Source of the DNA: Gemmatimonadaceae bacterium
GTDB taxonomy: Bacteria > Gemmatimonadota > Gemmatimonadetes > Gemmatimonadales > Gemmatimonadaceae
Length of the DNA: 64,000 nucleotides
Assembly (NCBI GenBank): GCA_051859245.1
Contig: JBHYGA010000008.1
Coordinates: 32,001-96,000, forward strand
Reading direction: 5' to 3'
Shown: positions 50,228 to 59,672 of the stretch, piece after piece
Numbering within the stretch: the stretch's first letter is position 1
Layout of the letters: every line of letters starts with the position of its first letter
Notes under the pieces: generated by a model
What the model was told of the DNA's origin: nothing
Databases searched by the model: none
What the model saw: only the letters and a program-made list of their open reading frames with translations
Made by a program: the position numbers and the translations under genes

Positions 50228-50270
50228 GGACACGAAAACTGCTTTCGTGTCCTTCCCGCCGCAGTTCCCC
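50168..50270 (+). repeat. REP-like GC hairpin with AAGGACACGAAAAC tail (copy 2)
   Basis: GGCCCGTCGGCGCGTTGCACCGACGGGCC; also hairpin AAGGACACGAAA..TTTCGTGTCCTT at 50226-50254. Confidence 0.8.
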
Positions 50271-50306
50271 CAGCCCTAGGCGAACGCGCGCGACAACGAT
50301 CGAACC

Positions 50307-52979
50307 CTACCGCCCCAGATACAACGCGTTGAACAGCAGCCGGAACGTGCCGTACGACTGCGCGCGATGCTGAGGCCGAAAACCAAAGAGCACCGCGTCA
50401 CCCTGGCCCGCGCGCACACGAACCATCGCGGCGCGACCGGCGATGGTTTCGGCGCCGTCGAGATAGCCACTTAATAGAATGTCGCTCGCCTGGGTCGGAT
50501 ACCGTGCCACCACTTCGGCCGGACCGTCGGCGGGCATCAGGAACGACACGCTGTTGGTGAAGTACACCGCCGTCGTATCGCTGGCGCCAACGGCCAAAGG
50601 ATGACGCGTGCTCACGAGCGTGCGCAGGATGGATCCGGGCGCGTACGGTGATGTGCGTGGTGCCGCCACAGCGGCCTGATCGCCTCCCGGATTTGCTTCG
50701 CCGGTGCGATTGCCACCGGCAATGATGCGCAGTGGTGCACCGAGCTGCTCCACCGCAAACTCACTCGCGTGATCGAGCAGTACGAGTCGGCCACCGGCGC
50801 GAGTGAACGATGCGAGCTCGCCCAGGCCTGCGTCGCCAAGTCCGCTTGCGTAACGCGCCGGCACCTCGCGCGCAGACATGCCGTCGCGCATTTGACGCAG
50901 CGGCATATCAGGCACCACGATCACATCGAACTGGCGCGAGAGACCACCCGCACGCACCATGGAATCGGTGAGCGCGGTGAACGGTACTCCAAACTGTTCG
51001 AGGATCCAGCGTGTCCACCCTTCATCCATATTGGCGGTCCACGGCTTGTACATCGCAATGCGTGGCGCGCGAATGACGGTGCTCCCTGGTACGCGCGAGA
51101 CCGCATGCACCTGATGCGCGCACACCGGCTCGTCGCCCAATGCTGATGCGGCTGGCAACCGGTCGAGGATCACCGTACCGGCAGGCATCGTAACACCAGC
51201 AGCGGTGACAAACTCGGCGTTGCTCGATCGCGCCCGCACGCCCGCTTTGAGTGCACGTGCAAGCAGGGAGTAGGAGCGCGTATCCCGCAGGTCGAGCGCA
51301 ACCGCACCGCGAACGGTGGCCGCGGTGCAGGTGGTTGCGCGATCATGCAGTGCAGCAACCGGCGCCGCGGCAACGTTCGTGAGTGGTGCGTCAGTTACCG
51401 CGTTGGCGAGCACGCCGAGCTGCATGGGCAGCGTCCAGCCGGCCACATCATATGGTGGATCGACCGGTCCGCCCGGATACTGCTCCATGCGCGGGAATCG
51501 CTGCACCTCGAGCAGGTCCTTGGCGTGCGCGCGGAATGGCTGCGACATGGGCACCACATACGATCCCGCCGCATATTCGCGCCCGTTCGCTCGGAAGGGC
51601 GCGCTGGCCTTGGACACTTCCACGCCGCCAAGGCGCAACACTTCCACAAGTCGCTGCACCGCACTCGGATCACGCTGTCCCGACGGAATCACGTACGCGT
51701 ACGGCGCGGAATCGGCGCCGAGTGCAAGCTGCTTGCGCGTGAGCTGCACCTGGTTGCGCACAAAGCTGGCGCGCTGTGTGCTGGCGAGTTCAATGAGCGC
51801 TTCAACGGCGATCAGCTCGTAATCCATGATGTCACGCAGGCGCCATGTGCCGCCCATCCACGGATTCGGGAAGTTCACCTTTTTCTCGTAGACTGGCAGT
51901 CCGCGCGGATGGCCGCGCAACTCACTCGCCGACTGCGTGATCGGTGTGGCAATGCGAACGCTCGCCGCTTCAGACAGCAGGCCCACCATGTTGTGGCGCG
52001 TGGGCGTAGAACGTGCGCCGCCGTGCCACCACAGGTCGTACGTCACACCATCGCCAACGCCGGTTTTACCCGCCGCTTCGAGCGAAAACTGCATTTGCAT
52101 GCCGACCAGATTGATGCTGCGCACAATGAGCGGATCAAGATTGTCGTTGATCGGATCCACGTGCGGCGGCACGGTGAGTCGCATGCCGGCGTTGCCCTGC
52201 TGGTGCACATCATAGAACACATGCGGGAACCAGCGACGGTACAGGTAGTCGGTGACAAGACGCGTTTCCGTCTGGGTCACCATGAACCAATCGCGGTTGT
52301 TGTCGTGCCCGGTGTACACGTGGTACAACCACGGCAGCAGTCCACCTTCGAACGGCGTGCCCACGCCTTGGCGGTACCAGTCGGTGATCATCTGCTGGCC
52401 GTCGGGATTCATGCTCGGCACGAGCAGGACGACGACATTTTCCAACTGACGCTGCAGCGTGTCCACCGTGGCCAGACGATACGCCAGCTCCATGGCCATC
52501 TGCGACGCGCCAATTTCGTTGGAGTGCAGATTGCACGAAATGAAGAGCACCGTGGGCTGATCGGCGCGCAGTCGCGCTTCGTCGGCGCTGCTCAATCCGC
52601 GCGGGTCGGCGAGGCGCGCTTGCGTGGTACGGATCTGCTCCAGCCGCGCGATGTTGCGCGTCGACGAAATTGCGGCCACAACAAACGGTTTGCCCTGCGT
52701 AGTGCGGCCAAGGGTGTCGAGCTTCATCTGCTGCGGCACCGCACGCGCGAGCGCGGAGAAGTAGCTCGTGATCTGCGTCCAGTCGGCGAGCACGCGGTCG
52801 GCCCCTACATCTATACCAATGTGCGCGCTGGGCGTTGGAACGCCCGACACGGGGCGAATGGGCTGCGCGTGCAACCGCGACGCAGAGGTCGCGGCCGCGA
52901 GGGCGAGCGTAGTTGCACACACGGTCTGCGCGAGTCGATGACCGAGTGACGCGGCGCGGTGCGCCTTACGCCCGATCAT
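50307..52979 (-). CDS. secreted M14 zinc carboxypeptidase-family protein
   Basis: LHSNE, NPDG, DNNRD, DVHQ, DEGWTRW, FRPQHR; ATGA overlap with kbl. Confidence 0.88.
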   Translation of the reverse strand: MIGRKAHRAASLGHRLAQTVCATTLALAAATSASRLHAQPIRPVSGVPTPSAHIGIDVGADRVLADWTQITSYFSALARAVPQQMKLDTLGRTTQGKPFVVAAISSTRNIARLEQIRTTQARLADPRGLSSADEARLRADQPTVLFISCNLHSNEIGASQMAMELAYRLATVDTLQRQLENVVVLLVPSMNPDGQQMITDWYRQGVGTPFEGGLLPWLYHVYTGHDNNRDWFMVTQTETRLVTDYLYRRWFPHVFYDVHQQGNAGMRLTVPPHVDPINDNLDPLIVRSINLVGMQMQFSLEAAGKTGVGDGVTYDLWWHGGARSTPTRHNMVGLLSEAASVRIATPITQSASELRGHPRGLPVYEKKVNFPNPWMGGTWRLRDIMDYELIAVEALIELASTQRASFVRNQVQLTRKQLALGADSAPYAYVIPSGQRDPSAVQRLVEVLRLGGVEVSKASAPFRANGREYAAGSYVVPMSQPFRAHAKDLLEVQRFPRMEQYPGGPVDPPYDVAGWTLPMQLGVLANAVTDAPLTNVAAAPVAALHDRATTCTAATVRGAVALDLRDTRSYSLLARALKAGVRARSSNAEFVTAAGVTMPAGTVILDRLPAASALGDEPVCAHQVHAVSRVPGSTVIRAPRIAMYKPWTANMDEGWTRWILEQFGVPFTALTDSMVRAGGLSRQFDVIVVPDMPLRQMRDGMSAREVPARYASGLGDAGLGELASFTRAGGRLVLLDHASEFAVEQLGAPLRIIAGGNRTGEANPGGDQAAVAAPRTSPYAPGSILRTLVSTRHPLAVGASDTTAVYFTNSVSFLMPADGPAEVVARYPTQASDILLSGYLDGAETIAGRAAMVRVRAGQGDAVLFGFRPQHRAQSYGTFRLLFNALYLGR

Positions 52980-54181
52980 TTGAGCAGTCCCGCCGCGCGT
53001 CCTGCCACCTTGAACGCGGCCACGACCTGCTCCAGATCCTCGCGCGTGTGATCGGCACTGACCTGACACCGCACGCGCGCTTCGCCTTTGGGCACTACGG
53101 GAAATCCGAAGCCTGTAACAAACACACCCTGCTCCAGCAGCAATTCGCTCATGCGAATCGCCAGTGCCGTTTCGCCCACAATGATCGGAACGATTGGCGT
53201 CTCACCTTCCATGGGCGCAAAACCGGCTTCGCGAATCGCGCCGCGAAACCAGTTCGCGTTCTCGCGTAGCGTGGTCACACGCTCCGGCTCCGCGCGCAGG
53301 ACACGTACCGCGGCGAGCGATGACGCGGCCACGGTGGGCGGCAACGCATTCGAAAACAGCTGCGGACGCGAACGCTGCGTGAGCAGATCTACCACTGATT
53401 CGGCAGACGCGACAAACCCACCGGCGGCCCCGCCGAGCGCTTTGCCAAGCGTGGACGTGATCACGTCCACTTCACCGATCACACCAAAATGTTCGGCCGT
53501 GCCGCGTCCGGTGGCGCCGAGCACGCCGGTGGCGTGCGAGTCGTCCATGATCACAATCGCGTCGTACTCGCGCGCCAGTTCGAGAATCTCGGGCAGTTTT
53601 GCAATGCTGCCCTCCATGGAAAACACGCCATCGGTCCAGATAAAACGGCGGCGTGCGTCGCGCGAAGCGGCCAGCTTTTCGCGCAGGTCGTCCATGTCGC
53701 TGTGCTTGTACACGGCGCTCCGACACTTGGTGATGGACTTGGCCAGGCGCACCGAATCAATGATCGAGGCGTGGTTGAGTTCATCGGAAATCACCATGTC
53801 GTCGGGGCCGGCATGCGTGGGCGTGAACGCTTCGTTCGCATTCCACGCCGACACGTACGACAGGCTGGCGGGCGTTCCGGCCAACTGTGCCAGCTCGGCT
53901 TCAAGCTCGCGGTGCAGGGCAAACGTGCCGCAGATAAAGCGCACGCTGGCCGTACCGGCGCCGTAGCGGTGCAGTGCATCAACACCGGCCTGTACCACGG
54001 TGGGATGGTTGGCCAGTCCCAGATAGTTATTGGACGACAGCACAATCACCTCGCCGCGCCCTTCCATGCGCACGCGCGCGCCCTGCGGTGACTCGAGGTG
54101 ATTGAGGCGCTTGTACACGCGGTCAGCTTTGAGCTGGGCGATCTCGGCGTCGCTATCGGCGACGAAGCGGGCGTTGAGCAT
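52976..54181 (-). CDS. kbl: glycine C-acetyltransferase
   Basis: SNNYLGLA, SVRFICGT, LNHASIID, DGVFSM, STLGKALGG; adjacent to tdh. Confidence 0.95.
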   Translation of the reverse strand: MLNARFVADSDAEIAQLKADRVYKRLNHLESPQGARVRMEGRGEVIVLSSNNYLGLANHPTVVQAGVDALHRYGAGTASVRFICGTFALHRELEAELAQLAGTPASLSYVSAWNANEAFTPTHAGPDDMVISDELNHASIIDSVRLAKSITKCRSAVYKHSDMDDLREKLAASRDARRRFIWTDGVFSMEGSIAKLPEILELAREYDAIVIMDDSHATGVLGATGRGTAEHFGVIGEVDVITSTLGKALGGAAGGFVASAESVVDLLTQRSRPQLFSNALPPTVAASSLAAVRVLRAEPERVTTLRENANWFRGAIREAGFAPMEGETPIVPIIVGETALAIRMSELLLEQGVFVTGFGFPVVPKGEARVRCQVSADHTREDLEQVVAAFKVAGRAAGLLK

Positions 54182-54248
54182 GTGACGAATCGGAGTCAAG
54201 GAAGAGCGCGAACTGCGTGACGAACAATTGGCGAGCCAGCGGGCGGCG

Positions 54249-55274
54249 TTACGCGATCTCGAAAATCACCTTACCGGCTTCACCGGATTTGATCAGGTGC
54301 ATGGCGTCGTCCACCGCTTCCAGCGGCAGGCGGTGCGTGATCACCGGTGTGGGATCAAACGTGCCGGCGCGCAGGAAACGCGTCATCTGGTGCCACGTGT
54401 CGTACATGCGACGACCCACCACACCGTAGATCGTGAGTCCCTTGAAGATGATTTCGGTGGCGAAATCGATGTCGATGGAGCGGTTCGGAATGCCCAGCAT
54501 GTTGACGCGGCCGGCCGGTCGCGCGAGCGCAAACGCCTGATGCACGGCGCTCGGTACACCGGACATTTCGAGCACCACATCGGCGCCGTGCCCGTTCGAC
54601 GCGGCGTACACGAGCGCGGCGGCTTCGTCGGGATGCACGGCATCGTGCGCACCCATCGTGCGCGCGAGTTCGAGCCGGCGCGGGTTCACATCGGTGGCGA
54701 TAATGCGTGCTGCACCGGCGGCTCGGCAGATGCCAACGGCGAACGCGCCGATCGGTCCGCAGCCTGTGATGAGCACCACGGCGCCGGGAATATCGGCGGT
54801 GAGCGCGGTGTGAAACGCGTTGCCCATCGGGTCGTGAATGCCGCCAATGTCGTAGCTGATCGCGTCGTCGAGATGCCAGACGTTGGTGGCCGGCATGGCG
54901 ATGTACTCGGCGAAACAGCCGTCGCGGTCCACGCCAATGATCTTGGTGGACGGGTCGACGTGCGCGTTGCCGGTGCGCGAAAAGATCGAACGCTCGTCGA
55001 CAACGTGTCCTTCGGCGGTGACACGATCACCGACCGCGACGGACTCCACGAGCTTGCCAACTTCGACCACGTCGCCGGCAAATTCGTGGCCCACGACGAA
55101 CGGCGCTTTGCATCTCCCCTGTGCCCAGGCGTCCCATTCGTAAATGTGGACGTCGGTTCCGCAGACGCCCGCGCGTCGCACTTTGATCAGCACTTCATCG
55201 TCGCGAATGCGCGGCTCGGGAACATCGGTGAGCACGAGACCAGGCGCAGCGGACGGTTTGACGAGAGCTTTCAC
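54249..55274 (-). CDS. tdh: L-threonine 3-dehydrogenase
   Basis: CGTDVHIY.WD.WA, GHEF, GNAFHT, LEMSG, GRRMYDTW. Confidence 0.95.
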   Translation of the reverse strand: MKALVKPSAAPGLVLTDVPEPRIRDDEVLIKVRRAGVCGTDVHIYEWDAWAQGRCKAPFVVGHEFAGDVVEVGKLVESVAVGDRVTAEGHVVDERSIFSRTGNAHVDPSTKIIGVDRDGCFAEYIAMPATNVWHLDDAISYDIGGIHDPMGNAFHTALTADIPGAVVLITGCGPIGAFAVGICRAAGAARIIATDVNPRRLELARTMGAHDAVHPDEAAALVYAASNGHGADVVLEMSGVPSAVHQAFALARPAGRVNMLGIPNRSIDIDFATEIIFKGLTIYGVVGRRMYDTWHQMTRFLRAGTFDPTPVITHRLPLEAVDDAMHLIKSGEAGKVIFEIA

Positions 55275-55530
55275 GGTGGTGTTTGAAGAGTCGATTTGGG
55301 AGTGTCGTGCACCGCGTTCCGATGCGCGCCACGTCAAAGCTCGCACCGCGTCGGGGTGGTTGGAAGGGTTTACGCGTGGTGCATTCCGCGTGTTCGACAT
55401 TACAATTTCGCGCGCGTTCTTTATACGCACTATTGCGCAGTTGAAATGTCCACACGTATATTCGCGTTAATTCAACAACTTGCGCGCGCTGTCCACAGTG
55501 GACGCCGCACTCACTGAACCCCGGAACTGC

Positions 55531-57180
55531 GTGGCCATAAACCGGCGCGAGTTTCTTCAAGGCACAAGCGCTGCAGCAGCGGCGCTCGGATTGACCGTCG
55601 GCGCTCCGTCGCTGCTGTCAGCCGAAGGCTTCGCTCCACGCATCGCACATCCGGGAACGCCGGGCGACGCCGTGTCTCGCGACCTCGCCCTGCTCGCGCT
55701 CGATGCCGCAAAGTCCGCCGGTGCGTCGTACGCCGACGCCCGCATCAGTCGCAACAACGTGCGCACCGTGGCCACCCGCGAACAGCGTGTGCTCGGCCTG
55801 GTCGATAACGAAACGTTTGGCATCGGCGTGCGCGTGCTGGTTGGTGGGGCGTGGGGTTTCGCCGCCACGCACGAGCTCACGCGTGACGAAGTGATCCGCG
55901 TGGCCAAGCAGGCGGTCGCACAGGCGCAGGCCAATCGTTCGGCGCAGCGTCGTCCGGTTACGCTTGCGCCCGTGACGCCCACGCCCGATGGCACGTGGCG
56001 TTCGCCGGCGCGCATCGATCCGTTCGACGTGCCGATCGAAGACCAGGTCGGATTGCTGTTGCAGGCCAACGAGGCGGCACTCAAAGTGCTCAAGCCCGGT
56101 GGACGCGGCATGGGTTTTGTGAACTCGTCCATGTTCTTCCTGCGCGAAGAAAAAACGCTGGCCACCACCGACGGTACGTTCGTGGTGCAGACGATTTATC
56201 GGTCGCAGCCGAGCATGACGTGTCAGGCGGTGAACGTGTCGGCGGGTGATTTTCAGTCGCGCCAGAGCACGGACATTCAGCCCATGGGGCGCGGGTACGA
56301 GCATGTGCTCGACGCGAACCTGGTGGTGAATGCGGAACGCTGGGCCACCGAAGCTACGGAAAAACTGAGCGCCAAATCGGTGGATGTGGGGCGCTACGAT
56401 CTGGTGCTGCACCCCACGCATTTGTGGCTCACGATTCACGAATCGATTGCGCATCCCACCGAACTCGATCGCGCGCTTGGCTTCGAAGCCAACTACGCCG
56501 GCACCAGTTTTGTGGCGCCGCCGGAGCGTGTGCTCGGCTCGCTCAAGTTCGGTCCGGAGTTCATGAACGTGCAGGCCGACCGCTCGCAGGAAGGATCGTT
56601 GGCGGCGGTGGGTTGGGATGACGAAGGCGTGAAGCCCGACGAGTTCCTGATCATCAAGAACGGCATCATGAACGACTACCAGACCACGCGCGAACAGGCG
56701 CCGTATCTGGAATCGTGGTACCGCTCGCAGGGGCGCGAGGTGCGGTCGCACGGCAACTCGTATTCGCAAAGCTGGGCAGACGTGCAGTTCCAGCGTATGC
56801 CGAATGTGTCGCTCATGCCGGGCGAGCGTGATCTGGTGTGGGATGATCTCATTGCGGCTACAGATCGCGGGATCGCGATTGTAGGTGACGGATCGTTCTC
56901 CATTGATCAGCAGCGCTACAACGCGCAGTTCGGCGGCCAGCTGTTCTACGAAATCCGCGGTGGCAAGATCGTGGGTATGCTCAAGGACGTCGCGTATCAA
57001 ATGCGCACGCCCGAGTTCTGGGGCGGCATGGATATGCTCGGCGGCAAGCGCAGCTACGTGCTGGGCGGTGCGTTCAACGATGGCAAGGGTCAGCCCTCGC
57101 AGTCGAACGCCGTGAGCCATGGCTGCCCGCCCACGCGCCACAAAGCGGTGAATGTGATCAACACGGGACGGCAGTCGTGA
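55531..57180 (+). CDS. tldD: TldD-family metalloprotease with Tat signal
   Basis: NRREFLQ twin-Arg signal; HESIAH, WDDEG, QRMPN, GKGQP.Q. Confidence 0.9.
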   Translation: MAINRREFLQGTSAAAAALGLTVGAPSLLSAEGFAPRIAHPGTPGDAVSRDLALLALDAAKSAGASYADARISRNNVRTVATREQRVLGLVDNETFGIGVRVLVGGAWGFAATHELTRDEVIRVAKQAVAQAQANRSAQRRPVTLAPVTPTPDGTWRSPARIDPFDVPIEDQVGLLLQANEAALKVLKPGGRGMGFVNSSMFFLREEKTLATTDGTFVVQTIYRSQPSMTCQAVNVSAGDFQSRQSTDIQPMGRGYEHVLDANLVVNAERWATEATEKLSAKSVDVGRYDLVLHPTHLWLTIHESIAHPTELDRALGFEANYAGTSFVAPPERVLGSLKFGPEFMNVQADRSQEGSLAAVGWDDEGVKPDEFLIIKNGIMNDYQTTREQAPYLESWYRSQGREVRSHGNSYSQSWADVQFQRMPNVSLMPGERDLVWDDLIAATDRGIAIVGDGSFSIDQQRYNAQFGGQLFYEIRGGKIVGMLKDVAYQMRTPEFWGGMDMLGGKRSYVLGGAFNDGKGQPSQSNAVSHGCPPTRHKAVNVINTGRQS

Positions 57181-58556
57181 GCGGCCCGCGTTCGCTGTAC
57201 TCGGCCGCGCTCGCGCCGCATTTGTCGCGCGAGCAGGCGCAGGCGCTCACCGCGCGTGTCCTCAGCTTTTCTACGGCCGACGAGATGCGTGTGAACGTGA
57301 ACTCGGGTTCTACGGCCAACACGCGCTTTGCGGTGAACCAGGTTTCCACGGCGGGTGACAACACCAACGTGTCGATCACGGTGCGCGCGGTGTTCGGCAA
57401 AAAAGCCGGTAGTGCGACCACTAATCGCCTCGATGACGAATCGCTGCGCGCCGTGGTAAAGCGTGCCGAATCGCTCGCGCGACTGGCGCCGGAAGATCCG
57501 GAAATGCTACCCGAGCTCGGCCCGCAAACGTATTTGAATGGAAGTGCCTACTCCGCGAACACGGCCAATCTTGATCCGGCCGGACGTGCGCGAGCGGTGC
57601 AGGCCATTACCGAACCGGCCGCTGCGGCCGGACTAATCGCCACAGGTTATATGCAGGCCAACACCGGTTCGTCGGCGGTTGCCACGTCGCGCGGATTGTT
57701 TGCCTGGGCTGAACAAACGGCGTCGTCGCTCACCACCACGGTGCGCACCACAGACGGAACTGGTTCTGGTTGGGCCGGTGCCACGCATCATGATTGGTCG
57801 CGGATCAATCCCGCTGAACTCGGCGCGCGTGCCATCGACAAGGCTAAACGTTCGGCGAATCCCGTGGCTGTTGAACCGGGGCGTTACACCGTGGTGCTCG
57901 AGCCGACAGCGGTTGGCAACCTTGTGCAGTTGATCGTTGGTGCGGCGCAGGCGCGCTCGGCCGACGAAGGGCGTTCGTTTTTTTCAAAGCCTGGCGGCGG
58001 TACCAAGATCGGACTCAAAGTGGTGGATGAGCGCGTGACGCTGCTCTCCGATCCGCTGGATGCCGACGCGGCTGGCAGCACGTTTGGTGGCGATGGACTG
58101 CCCACGTCCAAAATGACGTGGATTGAAAACGGCGTGGTGAAGAACCTCGCGTACGATCGCTATTGGGCGCAGCAGAAGGGCGCACAGGCGTCGGCGTTTT
58201 CGGGTTCACTGCGCATGATGGGTGGCAACAGCAGTGTGGAGGAGATGATCGCGTCGACCGAGCGCGGACTCCTCGTGACACGGCTCTGGTATATCCGACC
58301 GGTTGATCCGCGCACGATTCTGTTCACCGGCCTCACACGCGACGGCACGTTCCTCATTGAGAACGGCAAAGTCACGCGCGCGGTCAAGAATCTGCGGTGG
58401 AACGAGTCTCCGATTTTCATGCTCAACAACATTGAAGCGATGGGTGCACCGGTGCGTGTCAGCGCCAGTGAAGACGGCGGGCCTGGTCAGGCTGTCGTTG
58501 TTCCACCGCTCAAAGTTCGTGATTTCACATTCACCAGTCTTAGCGACGCGGTATAA
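57177..58556 (+). CDS. TldE/PmbA-family partner subunit
   Basis: NTRFA.N, EPGRYTVVLEP.AV, TGLTRDG.F.IENG; no HExxxH; GTGA overlap with tldD. Confidence 0.88.
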   Translation: MSGPRSLYSAALAPHLSREQAQALTARVLSFSTADEMRVNVNSGSTANTRFAVNQVSTAGDNTNVSITVRAVFGKKAGSATTNRLDDESLRAVVKRAESLARLAPEDPEMLPELGPQTYLNGSAYSANTANLDPAGRARAVQAITEPAAAAGLIATGYMQANTGSSAVATSRGLFAWAEQTASSLTTTVRTTDGTGSGWAGATHHDWSRINPAELGARAIDKAKRSANPVAVEPGRYTVVLEPTAVGNLVQLIVGAAQARSADEGRSFFSKPGGGTKIGLKVVDERVTLLSDPLDADAAGSTFGGDGLPTSKMTWIENGVVKNLAYDRYWAQQKGAQASAFSGSLRMMGGNSSVEEMIASTERGLLVTRLWYIRPVDPRTILFTGLTRDGTFLIENGKVTRAVKNLRWNESPIFMLNNIEAMGAPVRVSASEDGGPGQAVVVPPLKVRDFTFTSLSDAV

Positions 58557-58751
58557 AAGCGTGACGTTGTAACACGTTGCACCGTCATTCCGACAACCGT
58601 TCGCAGTGCTGTACATGCAGGTCGTGTATCGACACGCATGTTCAGCGTATCACCACCGGGAGCTCGCTCCGCATTACGGACGGTGATACGTCGCTCAAGT
58701 TTCCACCGGGGGAAACTGGGCAGTTCACCCTCCTCGTGAGGAGTTTTTCAG

Positions 58752-59117
58752 ATGTCACCAGCCAAGAAGGGCGCGCGCAAGAAGACGGCCAAGAAGGCCA
58801 CGCGCAAGACCGCAAAGAAGGCCACGCGTAAGACCGCGAAGAAGGCCGGACGCAAGACGGCGAAGAAGGCCACGCGTAAGACCGCGAAGAAGGCCACTCG
58901 CAAGACTGCAAAGAAGGCCACTCGCAAGACTGCGAAGAAGGCCGCGAAGAAGGCCGGTCGCAAGACCGCCAAGAAGGCCACTCGCAAGACGGCCAAGAAG
59001 GCTGCGAAGAAGGCCGGTCGTAAGAAGACCGCCAAGAAAGCAGCGAAGAAGACCACTCGCCGCAAGACCACGCGGAAGCGCGCGGCGGCCGAAGCACCGG
59101 CTGCGGCTCAGGCGTAA
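58752..59117 (+). CDS. histone H1-like basic repeat protein
   Basis: GAGGAG SD; KTAKKA(T/G)R repeats with synonymous codon variation; terminator downstream. Confidence 0.85.
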   Translation: MSPAKKGARKKTAKKATRKTAKKATRKTAKKAGRKTAKKATRKTAKKATRKTAKKATRKTAKKAAKKAGRKTAKKATRKTAKKAAKKAGRKKTAKKAAKKTTRRKTTRKRAAAEAPAAAQA

Positions 59118-59157
59118 GCCATATACCGTCGCGGGTCCCTCGGGATTCGTCGAACGC

Positions 59158-59187
59158 AAAGACGCCGGCATGTCTGCCGGCGTCTTT
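59158..59187. terminator. bidirectional intrinsic terminator
   Basis: AAAGACGCCGGCA-TGTC-TGCCGGCGTCTTT perfect stem between convergent genes. Confidence 0.85.
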
Positions 59188-59270
59188 CGCGTTTTGTGAA
59201 GTCACGCGCAAAAAAATCGCGCGCTACGATGTGCGTAGCGCGCGACCTTGATGTACGACCAAGACGTGAG

Positions 59271-59459
59271 TCAGGCCGTTGCTGCAGTCAGCAACGAGGA
59301 CGTGAACGGAGACGTTTCATCGTCATCGTCCGGACCGGGTCCCCACACATAGGCCAGAAAGCGCGTTGCCGTTTCCGGCACACCGCCGTCGGCAATCACA
59401 ATCCCCATGGGTTCGCGCGCTTCTACGTCTGGCGCGCTCTTCTTACGATTTAGTGGCAT
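59271..59459 (-). CDS. small hypothetical protein (62 aa)
   Basis: GGAGG SD 8 nt upstream; sigma54-type promoter upstream. Confidence 0.7.
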   Translation of the reverse strand: MPLNRKKSAPDVEAREPMGIVIADGGVPETATRFLAYVWGPGPDDDDETSPFTSSLLTAATA

Positions 59460-59532
59460 TGGGCAGACCTCCACCCGTATTCGAGAACTGTCTTGGGCCG
59501 ACCGTCATGGCCAGCGCCTCGAAGGGGTGTAG

Positions 59533-59670
59533 TGCAGGAGTCGTGCCGGTTCTCCGCTCGCGTGTAAGCCGTTGAAAAACAAACGCTTGCGTATCCCAGG
59601 CCAGCACTGCCGGAGCCCGTTGTGTCGTTTTCGCACAGGGGAAAACGAACAGAGAGTGTCGTTACGACAC
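59533..59670 (-). promoter_or_regulatory. sigma54 promoter with IHF site and palindromic upstream activator sites
   Basis: Minus-strand CCGGCACGACTCCTGCA (59549-59533); TTTCAACGGCTTA (59577-59565); TGTGTCGTTTTCGCACA 59621-59637; GTGTCGTTACGACAC 59656-59670. Confidence 0.7.
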
Positions 59671-59672
59671 GG

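Noticed and set aside
55440..55503. TGTCCACA repeats and GTCCAC-A-GTGGAC palindrome upstream of tldD as origin or DnaA cluster
   Set aside because: Only two mismatched boxes and no oriC context; at most an unidentified operator
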